Shown here piece after piece: positions 58,207 to 64,000 of a DNA stretch of 64,000 bases. Source of the DNA: Patescibacteria group bacterium (GTDB taxonomy: Bacteria; Patescibacteriota; Microgenomatia; Daviesbacterales; UBA10151); NCBI GenBank assembly GCA_023379125.1, contig JAMCSY010000004.1:58479-122478 (forward strand), read 5' to 3'. The first letter of the stretch is position 1; each line of letters begins with the position of its first letter. The notes under the pieces were generated by a model. The model had not been told where the DNA came from. It did no database searches and worked only from the letters and a program-made list of their open reading frames with translations. The position numbers and the translations under genes were made by a program.

Positions 58207-59967
58207 TTATCTTTTTTCAATCGTAAATAAAGGTCCTACAATATTAATATTAGATGGTGCGCGTAAATTAAAGTAGTTTTTAAAATCAGTACCTGAAAAG
58301 TCTCTAGAACCCGCATCACCAGAGATATGTACAGTAGTAGTTGCTCCACTACTAAAATCTGCATCAACTGAGCCACTATCTATACTATTAAAGGGAGTAG
58401 TCCCGCGACTACGTAGTTCCTGTTTAACACGACCGGCATCCCAAGTATCTACTCCATCCGGGTTTGGTTTATCAACTTGAGATAAATGCTGCTGAGTTGA
58501 AGAGTCCGCTTTGGCCAAAATTAACACATTAACAATATCCGCTAGCTCATCAGGTTTGAGCCAAGCAGTACCTGAATAAGCAGATCTACTGCCCCAGTCA
58601 CAATAAAACCAGGGAGAGGAATGATCATAAGCCTTACTTTGTAAATCTGCAAAGCTACTCACTGAACCATTAGCATCAACACCTGTCTTGGTATAAGCAG
58701 TACTATTCCAACCTACATCAGAGGAACTATGATAATAACCACCAGCTGTTGAGGAAAACCATGCTTTGATTGGTTGACCACCAGAAGTGAGTACTTGACC
58801 TGCTGTAGCATTGACAGCATCAATCCAACGACTACTATTTAACTCTTGTTTAACAACTTGGCAAGATTGAGAGGGACAAATACTTGAAGATCCATTGTTA
58901 GTATAAGCTAAGGCATAACTGCGGGCAGCAATTGCTTGAGCCTTCAAAGCTTCCATCGGCCAATCAGCAGGCACTTCATAAACATGCTTCACATATTCTT
59001 CAATATTCCAATTAGTATCAAAAGACTGGCCATACTCATTAGTCCCTGCAACATGAATAGTAATTCCCTGATTATATCCAGAAGCAAGATCAGCATTAAA
59101 ATAGGTATGTAGAATATCGCTATAGTTTTGTCCTGCCTGTGCTCTACCTAATGCCCCATATTGATTAAGACCAACCCGATGCGGCACTCCATATGTAAAT
59201 AAGGCAAATTTAGGACTAAATCCTGGATCTTTACCATTAGTCAAATCAGACGAGCAACCACCTTTAGTGGTATAAGCCGAGGTTGGAAGTCCTAGGCTAG
59301 CTAATTTTTGGGCAATGAGTTGTTGCTGACGAGCCGATAGTTGAGCAATTTGGGTACTTAAATCAGCTTGATAAGCTTTCGCCTTAGTAATTTCCCCATT
59401 AAGAAAAGTAGCATTTTCATCAACTTGCTTTTGCAAGACAGCTAGACTAGCCTTGTCTTTTTCCAACTTATCTTTTTGATTAGAGAGATCAATCATCTCT
59501 GCTGTGACATCCATAATAATTTTTTGATCTTCTTGGGTGGTCGCTTGACGATAACTCAACTCTCTAAAGATATCCCCGGAATTAGACTGAGAAAAAATCA
59601 CCGTCAGAGGATCTGTCAAAAAAGATCGGATATAGTAAGATCTTACGCGCGAATTTAATAAAACCTGTTGAACAACTAATTTATCTTCACGGACTTGTAA
59701 ATCTTGTTCCTTAGCTGCAATTGAAGCTGATAAACTCTGCAACCTAACTTGAATTGAAGCCAGTTGAGTCCTCAGAGTATCTAATTGTCCTTCAAGAGGT
59801 TTTGTGGCATTCACAGACATCTCTCTGGCCTTATTTAAAGCATCAATTTGTTTTTGCAAATCATCAATTTCATCAGCCTTGGTTGGGCTGGTAACAAAAG
59901 GGGCAAATAAGACTAGACAGGTCAAGAAACCTAAGATGGCACTTGCAAACAGGTGACGCTTTTTCAT
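58207..59967 (-). CDS. SpoIID/LytB-domain protein with an N-terminal signal and long coiled coil (EnvC-like architecture)
   Basis: Signal peptide, about 250 aa of coiled coil, then the SpoIID/LytB signature EEYVKHVYEVPADWPMEALKAQAIAARSYA. Confidence 0.6.
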   Translation of the reverse strand: MKKRHLFASAILGFLTCLVLFAPFVTSPTKADEIDDLQKQIDALNKAREMSVNATKPLEGQLDTLRTQLASIQVRLQSLSASIAAKEQDLQVREDKLVVQQVLLNSRVRSYYIRSFLTDPLTVIFSQSNSGDIFRELSYRQATTQEDQKIIMDVTAEMIDLSNQKDKLEKDKASLAVLQKQVDENATFLNGEITKAKAYQADLSTQIAQLSARQQQLIAQKLASLGLPTSAYTTKGGCSSDLTNGKDPGFSPKFALFTYGVPHRVGLNQYGALGRAQAGQNYSDILHTYFNADLASGYNQGITIHVAGTNEYGQSFDTNWNIEEYVKHVYEVPADWPMEALKAQAIAARSYALAYTNNGSSSICPSQSCQVVKQELNSSRWIDAVNATAGQVLTSGGQPIKAWFSSTAGGYYHSSSDVGWNSTAYTKTGVDANGSVSSFADLQSKAYDHSSPWFYCDWGSRSAYSGTAWLKPDELADIVNVLILAKADSSTQQHLSQVDKPNPDGVDTWDAGRVKQELRSRGTTPFNSIDSGSVDADFSSGATTTVHISGDAGSRDFSGTDFKNYFNLRAPSNINIVGPLFTIEKR

Positions 59968-60199
59968 ATAATTTTTAGCTTTCTACAACTTAGTTTATTC
60001 TGAGTAAATAATATAAATATATAAGTATAGTAACTTGAAGATTACACAAATTCTATCACATGTTAGTTTCAATGAACTACTACAGACTTATACTCCCTCT
60101 GTTGGTAGTTGTTCTACTTGCTTACCTTCACCTATTAAGAACAGCAGTCAGAGGGAGGCTAGTTGCAAAAAACCCCTAATTCAGGCTAAGCTTAAGGTA

Positions 60200-60562
60200 A
60201 TGCCTAGACTGTCCAAAGTAGTTGCTTTTTTAATATTGTGCTGTGTTTCGTTTACCAATCCCTTCCCTGTATTGGCTGCCGGAGATGTTGATACAGCTTT
60301 TGGACCTATCCCCACGGATCCAACCGGTTTTGTACAAACTATCCTGAAGTTTGCTATCGCTGTAGGAGGTGGTGTTGCTCTAATCTTGATGGCATTAGGA
60401 GCAATCCAAATGATTACTTCTACAGGTAATCCGGAAGCTGTCAAAAAAGGTCAAGAACAATTTACTTCAGCCATCATTGGTCTCTTATTCATCATATTTT
60501 CTGTAATGCTTTTACAAATCATTGGTGTTAGCATATTAAATATACCGGGATTTACACCATGA
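60200..60562 (+). CDS. T4SS-type (TrbC/VirB2-like, PF18895-like) pilin paralog 1; the ORF-track start at 60035 is probably an upstream extension
   Basis: Signal peptide MPRLSKVVAFLILCCV...AAGD, a hydrophobic helix, the conserved TSTGNPEAVKKGQEQFTSAIIGLLFIIFSV core and a second helix. Confidence 0.55.
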   Translation: MPRLSKVVAFLILCCVSFTNPFPVLAAGDVDTAFGPIPTDPTGFVQTILKFAIAVGGGVALILMALGAIQMITSTGNPEAVKKGQEQFTSAIIGLLFIIFSVMLLQIIGVSILNIPGFTP

Positions 60563-60942
60563 GAGAATTAGCCTTAACATTACCTGGAGGAAGTAGTCCA
60601 ATTGAGCCACCTGCTAATTTTGATACTGCAACTTTTAGTAGTCTAGCTTCCTCAGTTTCTGCATTCCTGAATCTAATCTTTACAGTTGTTGCCTTTTTAA
60701 TGTTTTTTTGGCTCATCTGGGGAGCTTTTCAGTATATTTTTGCCGGAGGAGATAAGGACAAACTGGCTGCTGCACGTAAGAGACTAACATATGCAATCGT
60801 TGGGTTTTTAATCGCCGCAATCGCTTTTCTTGTTGCTCCGTGGGTTGAAAATATTTTTCAACCAGCTAATGTCAATGTGCAGGATGTCAGCTCTCCACCA
60901 ACTTTAGATTTTTCTAATCCTGGTGGCGGAGGAAGCTGGTAA
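60559..60942 (+). CDS. T4SS-type pilin paralog 2
   Basis: A hydrophobic helix, AGGDKDKLAAARKRLTYAIVGFLIAAIAFLV and a Gly-rich tail. Confidence 0.55.
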   Translation: MRELALTLPGGSSPIEPPANFDTATFSSLASSVSAFLNLIFTVVAFLMFFWLIWGAFQYIFAGGDKDKLAAARKRLTYAIVGFLIAAIAFLVAPWVENIFQPANVNVQDVSSPPTLDFSNPGGGGSW

Positions 60943-61225
60943 AATGGACTTGAGCACACAATATGGTTTTGGCAATATTACATCGCTTGGCCAAGGCGTT
61001 AGTTTGCTTACTATGCCAGCTTTTTCCATTGCCTCAGTTGCCGTCATCCTCTATTTCCTTTTTGGTATTTTTAAACTAATTTCCTCCGGTGGAGACAAGA
61101 ACGCTGTGGCCAGTGCTAGAAATATGATTACTCACGCTATTATTGGATTTTTAATCTTAATGTTGGTATTCTTAATTATAAAGTTTATCCCGGAAGCTTT
61201 TGGTATAAACTTAGGAATCTTTTAA
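60923..61225 (+). CDS. T4SS-type pilin paralog 3
   Basis: SSGGDKNAVASARNMITHAIIGFLILMLVFLI. Confidence 0.55.
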   Translation: MAEEAGKMDLSTQYGFGNITSLGQGVSLLTMPAFSIASVAVILYFLFGIFKLISSGGDKNAVASARNMITHAIIGFLILMLVFLIIKFIPEAFGINLGIF

Positions 61226-61229
61226 AACA

Positions 61230-61628
61230 GTGTCTAAGTTAATTGCGGCAAATTTTGATAGTGTGATTGGTGGAGTTACCCCTCCTCCTGCTTTACAAAA
61301 TCTTACTTCACAAGGTGGAGCAGGTGGTATCAGCTCATTTCTAAGTAATCTAATTCAACTAATTTATGTCGCAGCTATTCTTATTTTTGTCTTCATGGTC
61401 ATCTTTAGCGCTGTGCAATGGGTGATGTCTGGTGGAGACAAAGACAAGGTAGCTGCCGCGAGGAGTAGGTTAACTACTGCAGTTATCGGTATTATTCTCT
61501 TAGCAATCGCTTTTGTAATTATTAATGCCCTGGGGAATATTACCGGATTTGTTTTCTTTAATGGTCAGACTATTTTTGGTGATTTGCAATCAGGGAGTAA
61601 TGTTCCAGGGTACCCAGGACGTCCTTAG
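61230..61628 (+). CDS. T4SS-type pilin paralog 4
   Basis: MSGGDKDKVAAARSRLTTAVIGIILLAIAFVI. Confidence 0.55.
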   Translation: MSKLIAANFDSVIGGVTPPPALQNLTSQGGAGGISSFLSNLIQLIYVAAILIFVFMVIFSAVQWVMSGGDKDKVAAARSRLTTAVIGIILLAIAFVIINALGNITGFVFFNGQTIFGDLQSGSNVPGYPGRP

Positions 61629-61681
61629 TAAGTGAAGAATCATAACAATCAGGCTATTGACAAGATGTTAGAATACACTTT

Positions 61682-62089
61682 ATGATTAATTTAATGAAAA
61701 AAGCTATCGTTGCAACAAGTGCAATTATTTCACTCGTTAGCACAACAGTTACTTATGCTGCAGGAGAAATTGTTAACGTCCAGCCTCCAACCGGCAAAGG
61801 AATTGCCGCTAATACCGGAGTTGGTACGGTAATTACAAATATTATTAACCTGGTTTTTATTGTAGCGATTTTGTTAGTGTTATTCATGTTAATTTCTGGC
61901 GCAATTACCTGGATTACCTCTTCTGGAGATAAAGAAAAGGTTGGTCAGGCAAGAGGGCGAATTATTAATGCTTTAATCGGACTTGCTATTTTGGCTTTGG
62001 CTTTCTTAATTCTTAACGTCGCTGGGAATTTGATCAACTTTAATCTTAGTAATCTACAGCTAAATCCATTAAATACCCCAAATCCCTAA
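61682..62089 (+). CDS. T4SS-type pilin paralog 5
   Basis: Signal peptide ...TVTYAAGE; TSSGDKEKVGQARGRIINALIGLAILALAFLI. Confidence 0.55.
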   Translation: MINLMKKAIVATSAIISLVSTTVTYAAGEIVNVQPPTGKGIAANTGVGTVITNIINLVFIVAILLVLFMLISGAITWITSSGDKEKVGQARGRIINALIGLAILALAFLILNVAGNLINFNLSNLQLNPLNTPNP

Positions 62090-62164
62090 TTAGAAAATAA
62101 AGATCAGGAAGGAAGAGACTTTCCAATTATTGAACTATTATTTTTTTAATGCTAAGCTGTAGCT

Positions 62165-62455
62165 ATGCTTGGTCCTGCTGGTCCACAACAGCTACAAGAA
62201 ATGATCCAGCGACTTATTAACCTCTCAGTGGGGTTAGCTTTTATAGTTTTGACAGTCGTTCTATTAATTGCTGGTTTAAAATATTTAACTTCAGGTGGTG
62301 ATCCCAAAGCACTAGCTTCAGCTGGAAACACAATTACCTGGGCACTTTTAGGAATCGTATTTATGATCCTCGCTTGGTTAATCTTACTGTTAATCGAAAA
62401 ATTTACTGGGGTCAACGTTACCCATTTTTGCATTCCTGGAACCAGTGGCTGTTAA
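62165..62455 (+). CDS. T4SS-type pilin paralog 6
   Basis: TSGGDPKALASAGNTITWALLGIVFMILAWLI. Confidence 0.55.
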   Translation: MLGPAGPQQLQEMIQRLINLSVGLAFIVLTVVLLIAGLKYLTSGGDPKALASAGNTITWALLGIVFMILAWLILLLIEKFTGVNVTHFCIPGTSGC

Positions 62456-62467
62456 TTCTTAGTACTC

Positions 62468-63880
62468 ATGAGAATAAAACTTATTCTAAATATATTTATT
62501 TTGCTAGTCTCTTTTATCATTTTAGTTGGTTCAATAATGTTCTCTAAGGGAACAGTTTTCGCTCAAGGTACAGAACCTACCCCAGTGCCCTGTGATCACA
62601 CCTTCCATCACGACAACTATAGTTGTGATAACAACCAGATTATTGATAACCAATCAAATGGTTGTGGTGAGCATACTTCCTCAGTTAAGGAAGATTGTAG
62701 TACCAAAAATGGTGATGTTGATTTTATTTGTGTTTCTGGACAAGGAGAGTGCTATAAATACTATCATGCAGTTTTAGAAATTCAGCCCAACAACCCCGAA
62801 CTTGGTGATAACAATGTCCAGGTTAGTCTGCATAGTACTTACTCTTGTTATAACGGGGACAATAATTTTATTTTAGACTTAGGTTCAGGAATGAGATCAA
62901 TTAACAATTTTGACCAATCATGTAATCTAGTTTTTCAAAACTGCCGCCAAACAGCTTATGGTGACTTGCGCTGTTTATGGACCGGAACTTGCGTAGCCAA
63001 GGGTTTACAGTCTAACTATAATGCGACTTTCTCTTCAGAAAAAAGCACTTTTAACCCTTATGGAGTTGAATACTATCCCCTGCAAGTAGGTGATTGTAAT
63101 GCAAGTTTTAATTATTCAATCGTCAACGCACAAACTTGCCAGGCAGACCCAGCTGATGCGATGAATGTAACAGATCCAGTCGCCACCCAAGATGCTTTCT
63201 TGTTTAATAGTCAAAAAATTGTTGCCCCAAGCCTTCGCGGAGATCGATTAAATGCCAAAGCTATGATGCAAGGGTTAATGCCAGATTCAATTAATAATGA
63301 AATCAACAATAACCTTGTTTCACAAGACAACTCTGGTGATATATGGCCTCAGGTTGGAACTCAGGTTGGTTTTTTCAATACCTTAATAGGAAGAATTTTA
63401 TGTAACGTTCCAATATTAAGAACACTCTTATATTGCCCAATTTATGAAAACCTTGCAACAGATCACTACTTATTTAACAACACAGACCAAACTACTTTAT
63501 TTGCGAGTCAATCAGCCGCACTAGCTGCAACTTCCAATCCTCCAAATCTAGACTTGGAGCCTGTTAAACCTAGCTGCTATCTGAAGGATATTGAATTACA
63601 AAGTGGTGAATTCACTCAGGGAAACATAAAACTGGACACAATCGATACTGACATGGCTCAAACCGTATACGGTGAAGGAATGCCCACTTTTTCAAACTAC
63701 ACTACCTATGCCCCAAGCATTGGTTCTTTAGGAATAGATGCAACAAAAAACAATATCAGTTTAGAGGGAAAGGTTTTTTACGGTGACCAGCGCATGTTGC
63801 AAGTTAACCTAAATCAAAAACTCTTTAATCAGACAAATTATCCAGATGGTGTCGTTCCATTCAACGATGCTAGTTATTAA
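62468..63880 (+). CDS. Secreted Cys-rich protein downstream of the pilin array (candidate pilus-associated adhesin, speculative)
   Basis: Signal/TM N-terminus; about 24 Cys spread across 470 aa; no catalytic motif. Confidence 0.45.
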   Translation: MRIKLILNIFILLVSFIILVGSIMFSKGTVFAQGTEPTPVPCDHTFHHDNYSCDNNQIIDNQSNGCGEHTSSVKEDCSTKNGDVDFICVSGQGECYKYYHAVLEIQPNNPELGDNNVQVSLHSTYSCYNGDNNFILDLGSGMRSINNFDQSCNLVFQNCRQTAYGDLRCLWTGTCVAKGLQSNYNATFSSEKSTFNPYGVEYYPLQVGDCNASFNYSIVNAQTCQADPADAMNVTDPVATQDAFLFNSQKIVAPSLRGDRLNAKAMMQGLMPDSINNEINNNLVSQDNSGDIWPQVGTQVGFFNTLIGRILCNVPILRTLLYCPIYENLATDHYLFNNTDQTTLFASQSAALAATSNPPNLDLEPVKPSCYLKDIELQSGEFTQGNIKLDTIDTDMAQTVYGEGMPTFSNYTTYAPSIGSLGIDATKNNISLEGKVFYGDQRMLQVNLNQKLFNQTNYPDGVVPFNDASY

Positions 63881-64000
63881 TTGGATAGTTGCATAAAATC
63901 TAAATATTCAGTACGCTTGTACTTAGAAAATCTATGTTTAAATTTAAAATACTAAGTAGTATCTTACTAACCCTAATTACTATACTGTTTTTTTCTCATA

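Noticed and set aside
60035-60199. N-terminal 55-aa extension of the first pilin ORF
   Set aside because: The internal Met at 60200 begins a canonical signal peptide (MPRLSKVVAFLILCCV...AAGD). The extension is Cys/Ser-rich with no helix, so the later start is more plausible.
62152-62433. 93-aa minus-strand ORF
   Set aside because: It lies entirely antisense to pilin paralog 6, which carries the conserved family core.
1-64000. CRISPR array
   Set aside because: I saw no regularly spaced repeat-spacer structure of 24-48 bp anywhere. The only tandem structure is the pilin gene array.
1-64000. rRNA genes or IS transposases
   Set aside because: There are no long non-coding stretches with rRNA character and no DDE/DEDD transposase motifs. 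All recombinases present are tyrosine or serine integrases.

Overview
This is an AT-rich bacterial chromosome segment of roughly 36-38% GC, judged by eye rather than computed, with very high coding density. Several traits fit a small-genome, cell-surface-specialised lineage of the Patescibacteria/CPR type, though that placement is inference only. These traits are six tandem TrbC/VirB2-type pilin paralogs, a distant VirB4-family T4SS ATPase, ComF, a TreT-like glycosyltransferase and numerous tiny membrane proteins. Housekeeping genes are present throughout: trxB, an RsuA/RluB pseudouridine synthase, the dnaG-rpoD pair, smpB next to a tmRNA (ssrA), a TlyA-like methyltransferase, a NUDIX hydrolase, an FtsB-like protein, a GH18 hydrolase and a SpoIID/LytB-domain protein. 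I recognise eleven tRNAs: initiator fMet, a rare Ile(UAU), Asn, four Ser isoacceptors and two Arg. The central roughly 20 kb (about 22.9-43.46 kb) looks like a composite horizontally acquired island that abuts tRNA-Asn. It carries an XRE / Schlafen-AlbA_2-like / unknown / HNH four-gene operon that I regard as a candidate new defence module. It also has phage-like small genes with two paralogous DUF-type proteins, one intact and one frameshifted large serine recombinase, and a terminase-small-subunit-like HTH protein. A complete Type I R-M operon lies in the middle (Xis-like HTH, then hsdR, hsdM, hsdS), extended by an unknown 397-aa protein and a PIN_3 nuclease, with visibly higher CpG/GC content. 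Other signals of past mobile-element activity are partial tRNA copies and direct repeats beside a Xer-type tyrosine recombinase, an 18-bp repeat of the tRNA-Ser 3' end, and a 45-bp direct repeat flanking a two-gene cassette. I found no CRISPR array, rRNA gene or recognisable IS transposase.
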